IMG/VR virus record: IMGVR_UViG_3300005680_000091
From: an uncultured virus (IMG/VR IMGVR_UViG_3300005680_000091)
Taxonomy: Duplodnaviria > Heunggongvirae > Uroviricota > Caudoviricetes
Reading direction: 5' to 3' (one strand)
Length of the DNA: 64,000 bases
The position numbers and the translations under genes were made by a program. Positions 33,901-40,388 of this stretch are shown piece after piece. A model generated the notes under the pieces. That model saw only the letters and a program-made list of their open reading frames with translations, was not told where the DNA came from and did no database searches. Positions within the stretch are counted from its first letter, which is position 1; every line of letters starts with the position of its first letter.

Positions 33901-35745
33901 CTCAACGAGGATCTGCTGGCCAACACGCTGCAGAACATGGCGCACCTGCTCTCCGCGGCCAGCAAGAACCAGGCGGCGGCTGCCTCCCTGCGCGCGGCCG
34001 AGAGCGCCGGCGTGGCGCACCGGGTGCCGAGCGGCACGAAGGGCGCGGTGCGCTTCCTCGACGGCGGCCGGGAGCAGCACTACCTGATCGACGACCCGTT
34101 CATCTACGATGCCATCACCAGCCTCGAGTCGGTGAAAGTGGTGGGCCTCGAGAAGGTGCTGTCGAAGTTCAAGCACTGGCTGACCGTGGGCGTGACGATC
34201 AACCCGGCCTTCCAGTTGCGCTCGCTGATGCGCGACGCGATCCAGTCGGTGGCCATCACCAAGATCGACACCAACCCGCTGGCCAACGTGAAGCAGGGCA
34301 TCGCCAGCCAGCTGTCCAAGGATCAGGACTACATCAACGCGCTCGCCTCGGGCGGCCTGATCCGGTTCAACTCGCTGCTCGAGGGCAACCGCGCCGACCA
34401 CACCCGCAAGCTCATCAAGATGGGCGTGGCCGACAGCACGATCCTCGACACGCGCGAGAAGGTCGAGATGTTCTTCACCAAGGCGCTCGACAAGTGGCTG
34501 GCGGTGGGCGACATCTCGGAATCGACGAACCGGATGGCGCTCTACAAGCAGCTCATCGCCAAGGGCGAAGACCCGCTGCTGGCTGCGTACCAGGCGCGCG
34601 ACCTGATGGACTTCTCGATGCAGGGCCAGTGGCGCGCGGTGCGGTTCCTGACCCAGGTGGTGCCGTTCCTGAACGCCCGCCTGCAGGGCCTCTACAAGCT
34701 GGGCCGCGACGGGGTGGTGCCGACGGGGCGCGTGCTCTTCGGAGGGGGCGACGCGACCGACAAGCAGATCGCCAAGCGCTTCGGCGCCGTGACCGGTGCG
34801 GTGGCCATGGCCAGCATCGCGCTGATGGCCGCCTACGCCGACGACGAGGACTGGAAGAAGCGCGAGGACTGGGATCGGGACACCTACTGGTGGTTCAAGA
34901 TCGGCGACACCGCGTTCCGGATCCCGAAGCCGTTCGAAGTGGGCGCCATCGGCACGATCGCCGAGCGCACCGCCGAGCTCTTCATGACTGACGACCTGAC
35001 GGGCGAGCGCTTCCTGCAGCGCCTGGGCCACATGGTGAGCTCGACCTTCGCGCTGAACCCGATCCCGCAGATGGTCAAGCCGCTGCTCGACGTCTATGCG
35101 AACGAGGACAGCTTCACGCAGCGCCCGATTGAGACGATGGGGATGGAGCGCCTGCAGCCGCAGGACCGCTTCACCGGCCAGACCTCCGAGGTCGCGAAGT
35201 GGCTGGGTCAGTTGGGGCTGCCGGAGCCGGGCCGCCTGATGTCAGGCCAGTACCAGGCCTTGTCGCCGGTGCAGATCGATGCCCTCATCCGCGGCTATTT
35301 CAGCTGGCTGGGCGTCTCGGCGACCCGCATCGTCGACGAGGGCGTGCGCCTCGTGGCCGATCGCCCGGTGCGCCCGGAGATGCAGCTGCGGGACGTGTTC
35401 TTCGCGGGCAACTTCGCGGAGGGGCTGCCGGCCAACAGCAGCCGCTACGTCACCGCGCTCTACGACCAGTCGAAAGCGATCGAGTCGGCCTACGCCTCGT
35501 ACCGCTTCGCGCTGCGCCAGGGTGATCAGGCGCGGGCGACCGAGCTGCTGGCGGAAGACGGAGACAAGATCCGCCTCAATCCGCTGGTGACTCGAGCGAA
35601 GCAGACGCTGGCCAAGCTGAACGAGAACATGCGGGCGATCGAGCGCAGCACGACCTTGTCAGCGGCAGAGAAGCGCACCCAGATCGATCGGATCAAGGCG
35701 GTGCAGAACCAGATCGCGATGCGAATCTCGACCCAGATTCAGTGA
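24955..35745 (+). CDS. Giant polyvalent ejection protein (zincin, ART-like, MuF-C-like and LPD38-type domains), 3596 aa
   Basis: HETYH; VVYHGT...GFFFT...IKSATGNSGAFDP; VEEIQSDW; C-terminal VPFLNARLQG...RIPKPFEVG. Confidence 0.85.
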   Translation: MANEIDWSQFKPDTPAPAADLAGFVPDPEPEVPGLLRQGADLLLDFGQGGVGALAAGASAFGADNLAAKGAGEIARYATELQSEQRQAERRAQAERMQAAEATGSAWEEAKAAGQNVLESPLSFFASALGSLVPTAAASVVGGAPAALTLGAGMGAGAVKQSVAERVEQDALKAGQTPEQAAAAATAAQAYRGDNLDQIALGAGLGALAGGTGVERLLGGGASAIKNVLGRTAAGAVTEAVPEGIQGGQERLAANIAAQRGGFGGDTWTGVTGQGTTEALASTGPGGVVGAMTPYIDPNAGPISRAAIKAQEQQAIGALPAPGQLSGEATMQMGDSVPGQDPTGTLNLQQRNTELQEARARQEAERAAVDPTYLDRLDGRQPASQQSTMATATEQVQAEQGLPFTQPPYAGPAPTVGEQGGRWADPRIAIAGEPLPDPAAQLEIDRPSTQDQFLAAQRKRAQGKLLSQSEAALLNGPDPFEGQTVSLATATDPVSVAAREEAVQDVAFANGDEPANVRVFSSQDLPDGPSGNQRGAGLTRSAAAVIEGLGRIFGTQYRFYDSPNAATRGDGFVLRGRRPGVAYVRAVEGDAAPLVVAGHETYHTFTPAERARFSAAIEPFVDASDTALLSFLSDYTGGRYQAKALQLVQAGVSPTEVIESVIAQAQQDGVASLDRAKLREEFDADIFGNRMKDTGFWEKVFTELKAQDRTLLVKIRDSIKQVISYLKSQAGKIRGFNTDQYIRDLDAVQRIAARTLLSAANTQQKSERGSRAAGDVVRSGSRDRIGPYPTEGMANMNKDWLAKKEGARYALEQAADGFYLTRTGATNEGQGQADRGRAARAVPDAERRGSRDAAPDVRQRAAGGSESAARQSRAPLAVESRVRTDADGRVSLTGIHFSRQPRTALSGSYYGTGLKGAEGRRLQGASDRRLLSRVYAYVNEGKGVKPEAGVGSYPHTVELSNLYDFAADPLKLIRKHQGDLNAVESAILDEGFDGYYVRDAFGNQGAAVLLGEASIGVRATPVEAEVMRSPTRTLDKENPVSVTVGGKPGEFGWSPAAKLAAAQQEPAVDPAKLIGKEVPPFVGPTQQRPNLEVLGESVRKVLAAKPARDTLEALTGAKVAGVSQIAGSWEGKPEPSFVLSGEMSFEQANEVSKVLGFLMAQDATVAAQPWFEDADDQIPAILISQGKAMSAEQVKALSDAARAAGLDYSTTVDGRGAKFLHFGDQDGYLTLRAAVDEIRKAAGLKELTDFYVRSNLNDAETYLESGVGSLLREERDQAGSGGPSDLFRRAVDSILVPYAKAVGAEGYRFSPERYGRRFGLTEGEVSYIRAALRPKSGKALSTVPIVTGAEKLEPPRNNTRTKERGVTKNDLLWALQARTAEVGFIEPGDYSPEARKIIADAIADEVIYNLGKESGKNAVGWYDAALKKAKETYEQVFPELRQDKDREMLFDAILGIASQGTDVHSNAVFAGRMYHLITREGMTLGQATKALSGTFGKQTVAIEKNYAKLEHLLDTNGYDRMREFFNTTATVGELNAILRKDETLFGPNGKPLKIDGAAEQTVSGWMVFGPKIGSFINNLHGDYSTLTADLWFSRTWNRMLGYVFNHKAGKENDQYVKLYRAMVEEARTGVGRDLVGTSQAEIDAWAADPESMLTFARETHLKREAEYKEIREEAVTPLRQAAKNLLENREEATEIPRTDRERYFQQTTVEQAQKAIRRKTGVNISVADIQAVLWYHEKDLYKSFGVGDSKAEAADYADAAARFVDRFNEGELFFVEKPKPRYVMGEKGSYLTRDGDISRSARRNTLGFYSQLSRAVEGAKFQTQPAGQWKMWLSANAGKLGVKADEVQWSGLNEWLDLQGARKVTKDEVVQYLEQGGVQIEEVQKGARPGPRWEETDDGDGGSLWAFGDYSIGYSNRKYWPEGPGLRNTYGMDSLAAAKARIELYLTEEGLVDDSGALVDTKYGHNNLVLPGGENYREVLLTLPEPDRAAAAKKAGYTVRRAPWGWQIVNPAGDGIGMGTGATADEALADWAQVAIAHTGGRTFKSGHWDEQNVLAHMRLNDRTTTDGRRVLFVEEIQSDWGQAGRDAGFGDVANWTDAQIRAAVEENDPNADTDGLDRETLLEMARNSGVTLSASVPAAPFVTDTKSWVGLALKRVITLAAEGGYDVVAMVNGQQSADRYSLRKQIESIGYDPKTQTLLGHDKMRREVLSESGVAPSQLPEYIGKEVAQRLLDTQPMMGKHLLSGEDIEVGGDGMKAFYDHIVPQVANDVLRKLGGGKVAPVRVTGVGDQLGFDITPAMRETVTGDGLPLFSAARTRFEPETHRDFQRDLARAVGKLNGKSETSYKEGYHRPILVMRTPPVLRSVYERAKANSRPFRQSDSVVGTGATIYLKSQNKFKGSNHGRPVDESAVQRLPYLIADPLAVFQSTEAGEDPNSFKVLGADSRGFFVAAIKPGYTMDGASKKTNFSATIFPVQMGQIADWVKKGALRYWDDRLQKAEAQGMTGAIPGFLGPLSRSEGAGWLPGGPKSIGEIFSLAKAPVKIITRSELEGTPETMLSARRAQTETPEFKRWFGDSKVVDAAGQPRVVYHGTRADIAAFDPDAVGRNFGLDEVGFFFTSSPIKAASYADPESAFAQAGMRPTREPEEGANIIPAYLSLQNPLTLEAYTDYFDSTPAYEIDEQGISITDYFDDNRRNIVSIAQEGGHDGVLFQHRGDLLGVVFSPAQIKSATGNSGAFDPADPDITRSAPRANFGDMTQAQEDALRAVGLLREPKTIRERFAELTDNLANRLTQGVVDQYAPLKELDFRSYVLARMSKGTDGTFEAMLYYGRPQIAGDTVEIDTAPGGLMEVLSTLSGEQDRFLAWIAANRAEQLTAEGREFLFTPEQIRELKGLNQGQMADGRGRAIEYARVLREFNAFQDSVLAIAEARGLIDAESRQVWRDGFYVPFYRNMEDGTTGPSVKSGLVNQYAFKKLKGSSRQLNEDLLANTLQNMAHLLSAASKNQAAAASLRAAESAGVAHRVPSGTKGAVRFLDGGREQHYLIDDPFIYDAITSLESVKVVGLEKVLSKFKHWLTVGVTINPAFQLRSLMRDAIQSVAITKIDTNPLANVKQGIASQLSKDQDYINALASGGLIRFNSLLEGNRADHTRKLIKMGVADSTILDTREKVEMFFTKALDKWLAVGDISESTNRMALYKQLIAKGEDPLLAAYQARDLMDFSMQGQWRAVRFLTQVVPFLNARLQGLYKLGRDGVVPTGRVLFGGGDATDKQIAKRFGAVTGAVAMASIALMAAYADDEDWKKREDWDRDTYWWFKIGDTAFRIPKPFEVGAIGTIAERTAELFMTDDLTGERFLQRLGHMVSSTFALNPIPQMVKPLLDVYANEDSFTQRPIETMGMERLQPQDRFTGQTSEVAKWLGQLGLPEPGRLMSGQYQALSPVQIDALIRGYFSWLGVSATRIVDEGVRLVADRPVRPEMQLRDVFFAGNFAEGLPANSSRYVTALYDQSKAIESAYASYRFALRQGDQARATELLAEDGDKIRLNPLVTRAKQTLAKLNENMRAIERSTTLSAAEKRTQIDRIKAVQNQIAMRISTQIQ

Positions 35746-35848
35746 GTGGGAGGGGCCGACTCGCCTTGAGATGAGCAAGGATACGCCGCTGCGCCGACGG
35801 GCGCACGCGGCCGGTGAGCTCCTCCAGCTGGGCGGCGTCGAGGATCAT
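35693..35848 (-). pseudogene. Truncated DUF4224-like (excisionase-type) gene
   Basis: MILDAAQLEELTGRVRPSAQRRILAHL, then the frame runs into the 3' end of the opposing giant gene. Confidence 0.5.
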
Positions 35849-36041
35849 AGACTGAGGGGATCGTGCAGCATCAGGTCGTCCAACGCTCCGTCCCACTCCT
35901 CCACGGGTAGCACATGAGACAACCCGTTTTCGCCGTCGTAGAAACTCAACTCCACCCGACCCAGGTGGTGCTTCTTGATTGCGCGATACCTCGCGGCGTC
36001 CTGCAACGACCGCAGGAGATCTTGTTCAAGGGAGTCCATAG

Positions 36042-36470
36042 TCACACCTCCAGGCTCACCAGCTCGACACCGGCGTGCGAGAGGATCAGCTGCGCCTCGG
36101 CGATGTCCTCGGCCCAGCGCACCGCGAAGGCCGGATCCGGGGCGTTGCACACCACGCGCTTGATGCCGGCCTGGGCGATCTGCGCGGCGCACCGGGCACA
36201 CGGGTGGTGCGTCACGTACATCGTGCAGCCGGTGAGGTCGCGCTGGGCGTAGAGGATGGCGTTCTGCTCCGCGTGCAGCGTGCGGCGCAGCTTCGTCTCG
36301 CGGTCGATCGAGGGATCGTCCTGCATCCCGGCCGGCGGGCCGTTGAAGCCCTCCGACACCAGGATCTTGCCGCGGGTGATCCGGGCGCCGACCTGGGTGG
36401 AGGGATCCTTCGACCACTTGGCGACCTCGTGCGCCATGTGGAGGTGGCGGGCGTCCCATTTACTCAGCAC
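36042..36470 (-). CDS. dCMP deaminase
   Basis: WSKDPSTQVGA, GFNG, HAEQNA, PCARC. Confidence 0.9.
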   Translation of the reverse strand: MLSKWDARHLHMAHEVAKWSKDPSTQVGARITRGKILVSEGFNGPPAGMQDDPSIDRETKLRRTLHAEQNAILYAQRDLTGCTMYVTHHPCARCAAQIAQAGIKRVVCNAPDPAFAVRWAEDIAEAQLILSHAGVELVSLEV

Positions 36471-37218
36471 GGTGAACCTCCCTCCGTACCCGATACCAAG
36501 TGTCTGCAGGGCAGACACCGTACTCACGACGGTTCACCGGAGCCCCTCGATACACCTCATAGGCCGCGATGGCTTCGTCGGGTGTTGATGCAAACACCTG
36601 GTATTGGTAGTTCGGGTCGTTTGGGCGCTCGTAGCGCCAGACCACCCAAGAGGTGTCACCTGCCGGCTTCCCCGCAGCACGGTTTTCCTCCGTGGCCGCC
36701 TGCTCCGGGGCGGCATCCGGTGCGCCGGTGTGGCGCCCGGCAGGTGACGTTACTTTGGCCGATCGCTCCCGCAGCATCAGCTCCAGCTCGGCCAGCCGGT
36801 TCCAGGCCTCGTGCGCCAAGTGCAACAGGCCGGAATCGCGATCGAGTTGCTCGTGGCCGCGGAACAGCCGGTGCCGATCGCCGGCGCGGCGGTAGCGGGT
36901 CTGGCCGTCATCGACGTGCTGCCAGCCGCCGGGGCTGTACTTCTTGGCGCCATAGGTGGAGACCTCGGCAACGGCCAGCAGCGCGCGGCTGAAGCCGTCG
37001 AGAGTGAGCTCGGCCATCACCTTCTCGCCGTCCAGCTTGGCGCCGGGGGCGTGCGGAGGAAGGCCGGCGGGGTCGCGTTCGACGGACAGCGGACCCGGTT
37101 TCAGACGGCGGAGACCTGTCTCAGCGCAGCACGCTCCATCCCAGAAGCAGCGACCGCAGTCGCGCTCTGCCGCGATGTTGCCGGAGAGGTAGCCACCGAA
37201 GCATTCGGGCTTGCTCAT
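36460..37218 (-). CDS. DUF5664 dATP/dGTP diphosphohydrolase-domain protein
   Basis: GAKLDGEK...VSTYGAKKYSPGGW...DSGLLHLAHEAWN. Confidence 0.8.
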   Translation of the reverse strand: MSKPECFGGYLSGNIAAERDCGRCFWDGACCAETGLRRLKPGPLSVERDPAGLPPHAPGAKLDGEKVMAELTLDGFSRALLAVAEVSTYGAKKYSPGGWQHVDDGQTRYRRAGDRHRLFRGHEQLDRDSGLLHLAHEAWNRLAELELMLRERSAKVTSPAGRHTGAPDAAPEQAATEENRAAGKPAGDTSWVVWRYERPNDPNYQYQVFASTPDEAIAAYEVYRGAPVNRREYGVCPADTWYRVRREVHRAE

Positions 37219-37688
37219 GCTTCACCCGCTTGCGGATCGGTGATGAACGTAATCCCGCAATCCACCATGCCAACCTCACCAGGGAGGAGTTCACCTACCG
37301 GGCCGTCAGGATCGACGGGTTGGAAGCCACCACGCAGCTGTTCGGCGGTGGTGCTCTCCGGCTCCACTGAAAAGGTGGCCACCTCCATCGCGTACAGCTC
37401 CGACTTCAGCCGGTAGCCTTCCAGCTCCCACACCTTGTCGCGCGCCTTCTCGAAGGCGAGCTTCTGGCCGATGTCCTCTTGGAAGTTCTCCGGGCTGGCC
37501 GCAGCCGACTCGCCGGTGACGCAGAAGCCGTTCGGCAGTTGGATCACGCAGATCGTCAGGGTGGTGCCTTCCGGTTGCCAGAAGCCGACCTGGCTCTTCT
37601 GGAGGAGCGCGTCGATGTCGGCCGGCGTGATGCGTGGGGCGGTCAGGCCGCGGGCTTGGAGTTCTTGCTCGAGTTGCTGGTCGTTCAT
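37215..37688 (-). CDS. Phage_gp49_66 family (N4 gp49/Sf6 gp66) protein, Acb4-type sponge candidate
   Basis: TAPRITP...LTICVIQLPNGFCVTGESAAASPENF...IGQKLA...VWELEGYRLK. Confidence 0.8.
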   Translation of the reverse strand: MNDQQLEQELQARGLTAPRITPADIDALLQKSQVGFWQPEGTTLTICVIQLPNGFCVTGESAAASPENFQEDIGQKLAFEKARDKVWELEGYRLKSELYAMEVATFSVEPESTTAEQLRGGFQPVDPDGPVGELLPGEVGMVDCGITFITDPQAGEA

Positions 37689-37690
37689 GG

Positions 37691-38206
37691 TTATTTCCTC
37701 CGGGGGTAGAGACGCCGCAACTCGACGGTGAGCTGCTGCGCAAGGGATTTGGTCAATTCACGGACAAGCCTCTCATCTGATATGGCTGCCAGGGCTGACT
37801 CGGTAATGGAATATCGGACGCGCCCATCCGCGAGGGCGACGTTGATGTGAAGCCGGTCATGGGCGGCAGCCGAGCGCTCGCGCACGGCGTTCAGTTCCAG
37901 TACGTGGAACACAAGACTGGTCAGCGACAACTTGCTGAGATCGACATCCAGACAGCGCCGTGGGTCCGCAAGGTAGTCCATACGAAAAGACCCATACTGC
38001 ACGCCTGGGTCGCGCACCGTCTGCGGTCGAAATGCGATGAAGTTAGCGCCCAATTCACGTTTGGCGTCCTCAATCTCCGCGCGTAGCCCATCGAGTTGGT
38101 TCCGGAGATACGCCAGGAGGTGCCGCTCCCGGGTGTAGGCCTCTTCAAGTTCAACGATGCGTTGCCTGTGTGCGCGCTTCTGGTTGCGGCCGTATCGGCG
38201 AGACAT
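37691..38206 (-). CDS. Hypothetical protein
   Basis: MSRRYGRNQKR basic N-terminus; AAGGAAG RBS. Confidence 0.6.
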   Translation of the reverse strand: MSRRYGRNQKRAHRQRIVELEEAYTRERHLLAYLRNQLDGLRAEIEDAKRELGANFIAFRPQTVRDPGVQYGSFRMDYLADPRRCLDVDLSKLSLTSLVFHVLELNAVRERSAAAHDRLHINVALADGRVRYSITESALAAISDERLVRELTKSLAQQLTVELRRLYPRRK

Positions 38207-38208
38207 GG

Positions 38209-39267
38209 TCAGTCTTCCTTCTGGTAGCGGTCGTGGTGGAACCCTGCGGCGGCGAGCGGCAGCCCGTCGGCCCAGGGCGGGTTGGTGGCGAGGAGCTCAA
38301 CCATTCGAGTCTCGTCCAGGGAAACAGGGGCTTCCGCGACCACTTCATCGTGGACGGTGAGGACAATCTCGTAGCCCGCCGCTTCGATGGCGGGCATGTT
38401 GTGGGCCAGGACGTCACGCGCCAGGGTCTGACAGACGTTCCCCGTCAACTTCCCGCCGTGCGTGAAGGTGCGCTGCCAGATGCGCGGCCCGCCTTCGTCA
38501 GTGGCCAGCGACCAGTAGGCGAGGGACTTGCGGACCCGCTCCTCCCCGGTCTCTTCGTCACGCTCGACGGTGCTAACAACCTCGGGGTGGAAGTAGGTGA
38601 GCCGGTTGCCACTGGGCAGCAGGATCTGCAACCACCGGTGGCCTGCGTGGTCACGGCAGCTCAACTTCAGGCGGGTGACTTGGTGCACGGAGCCCGGGAA
38701 ATCGACCGCCGCGATGGCCGCTTCCTGCAGCGCGTACCAGAACGAGACGGTCGCCGGGTGACGCGCACGCCACGCCAGCTTGCAAGCCTCGGACGCGAGC
38801 CACTCGAGCTCGCTAATCCCCAGTTCGGCGATCTGTGCCTTCGCCCAGACCTTGTTCAGGTTCTTCTTGGCCTTGAGGATGATCGCCGGCTCGATCGACT
38901 GCTGGATCGTGTCCCAGTGGTCGGCCATCCGAACGCCATACGCGTGGGCGAAGGTCTGGTATCCAGATACCCCACCGGCATATCCTGACGCGAGATCCGG
39001 CACTTTTCCGAAGACGTTGCGGACCTTCTTCGGCACGTTCCACGGGTCGATGCCGATGATCATGTTGGCGGTGATGTTGTAGAGGTCCGGCCCGATGCCT
39101 GCGTCATAGGCGCGGAACGCCTCGAGCTTCCACTCTTCACCCGCGACCCAGGCCAGTTTGCGGCCCTCGATGTTCGACAGGTCGGCGGCGACGATGTGGC
39201 GTCCCGGCGGCGCCGTGACGACGCCGCGCAGTGCGGCTGATCCGTAAGCCATGAGGCTGTGACTCAT
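38209..39267 (-). CDS. Family A DNA polymerase, C-terminal polymerase part
   Basis: Motif A ADLSNIEGR, motif B GKVPDLASGY, motif C TVHDEVV. Confidence 0.9.
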   Translation of the reverse strand: MSHSLMAYGSAALRGVVTAPPGRHIVAADLSNIEGRKLAWVAGEEWKLEAFRAYDAGIGPDLYNITANMIIGIDPWNVPKKVRNVFGKVPDLASGYAGGVSGYQTFAHAYGVRMADHWDTIQQSIEPAIILKAKKNLNKVWAKAQIAELGISELEWLASEACKLAWRARHPATVSFWYALQEAAIAAVDFPGSVHQVTRLKLSCRDHAGHRWLQILLPSGNRLTYFHPEVVSTVERDEETGEERVRKSLAYWSLATDEGGPRIWQRTFTHGGKLTGNVCQTLARDVLAHNMPAIEAAGYEIVLTVHDEVVAEAPVSLDETRMVELLATNPPWADGLPLAAAGFHHDRYQKED

Positions 39268-40388
39268 CCAAACACCTCGACGTGTGCGTTGGCCTTCAAC
39301 GCTTCGATGTAGGCATCGACCAGGTCAGCCTTCGGCAAGCCGCGGCTGGGCAGGTTGTGCGGCTGAAAGTTGCGCCCGCTCCAGCGCCGCGTGCGCCCCG
39401 CGCCGGCGAACTGCAGCCCACCGCGGAAGCGCCCATCCGGGCCAATCGCCGGCTGGATTCGCGCGTACTTGCTGGTGCTGTTCTTGTTCGCGGCCAGCGC
39501 GATGTCGATCAGCTCGGCCACCACGGAGCCCTCGGGCACCTGTCGGCGCACTGTGCGCAGGGTCTCGGCCTGGGTGTTCTCCAGCTCAAGGCCGTGGCGC
39601 TCGGCAAGGTAGGTGCGGAACTGCTCGCGTTGCGATGCGCGGGCCACTTGGCCGCCGGTGAGCTCGACGAAGCGGCGCGCGAGGTGCGCCTTCTCCTCGG
39701 TGGTGGAGCGCACCGCAGCGTCGACCAGCTCGCGGTCGCAGTAGAAGCCGCGGTCGTTGATCTTCTGGTCCAGGAACCACAGCTCGAGTTCGCGCGGCCC
39801 CAGGTTCCACTCCGGCATGCGCCGATCGCACTCACGCATCGCGACGATGTCGGTCTCGGCGTAGGTGCGGAACTTCGCCCACAGTTCGGGATGCGAGGTG
39901 TGGTCGTAGCGGCGGCGCTTGTGGTTGGCCGGCGCCGGCTTGCAGAAGCGCTGAATCAGCTTCTTGCCCTCGGCGATCTTCGCCTGGTCGGCACCCAGAC
40001 CCAACACCTTGCCCAGCGTGTCTAGGTCGCCGGGCAGCGCATGGGCGAGGGCCTTCACCATCGTGCAGCGCCACTGGCGCGGGTCAAGAAGCCGGTCGCA
40101 CTGGGCGGCGGTCAGGATACCCATGCGGAACAGGGCACGCGGGATCACGTTGCGATCGAACGCGCTGTTGTGGGCGGTCTTGAGATCGTCCTGTCGCAGC
40201 AGGGCGTCCAGCAAAAGACCCGGGATCCGCTCCCCCTCGGCCGGTGACCAGGTATGCACCGCGCCGGCTCCCAGCGCGTAGGTCACCAGCAGCAGCTCGG
40301 TGCTTGAGTGCTCGGCGTAGCGGTGCGCACCGACCACCTTGAGGTCGAGCTCGCTGAAGGTCTCGCAGTCGATGAAGAGGGTGCTCAC
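39264..40388 (-). CDS. Family A DNA polymerase, N-terminal exonuclease/thumb part
   Basis: ExoI IDCETFS, ExoII AHNSAFDR, ExoIII YAETDI, GRTRRWSGRNFQPHNLP. Confidence 0.9.
   Translation of the reverse strand: MSTLFIDCETFSELDLKVVGAHRYAEHSSTELLLVTYALGAGAVHTWSPAEGERIPGLLLDALLRQDDLKTAHNSAFDRNVIPRALFRMGILTAAQCDRLLDPRQWRCTMVKALAHALPGDLDTLGKVLGLGADQAKIAEGKKLIQRFCKPAPANHKRRRYDHTSHPELWAKFRTYAETDIVAMRECDRRMPEWNLGPRELELWFLDQKINDRGFYCDRELVDAAVRSTTEEKAHLARRFVELTGGQVARASQREQFRTYLAERHGLELENTQAETLRTVRRQVPEGSVVAELIDIALAANKNSTSKYARIQPAIGPDGRFRGGLQFAGAGRTRRWSGRNFQPHNLPSRGLPKADLVDAYIEALKANAHVEVFG

Noticed and set aside
24613..35031. Long antisense ORFs (777, 702, 373 aa and others) opposite the giant gene
   Set aside because: Shadow ORFs caused by high-GC codon bias; no motifs
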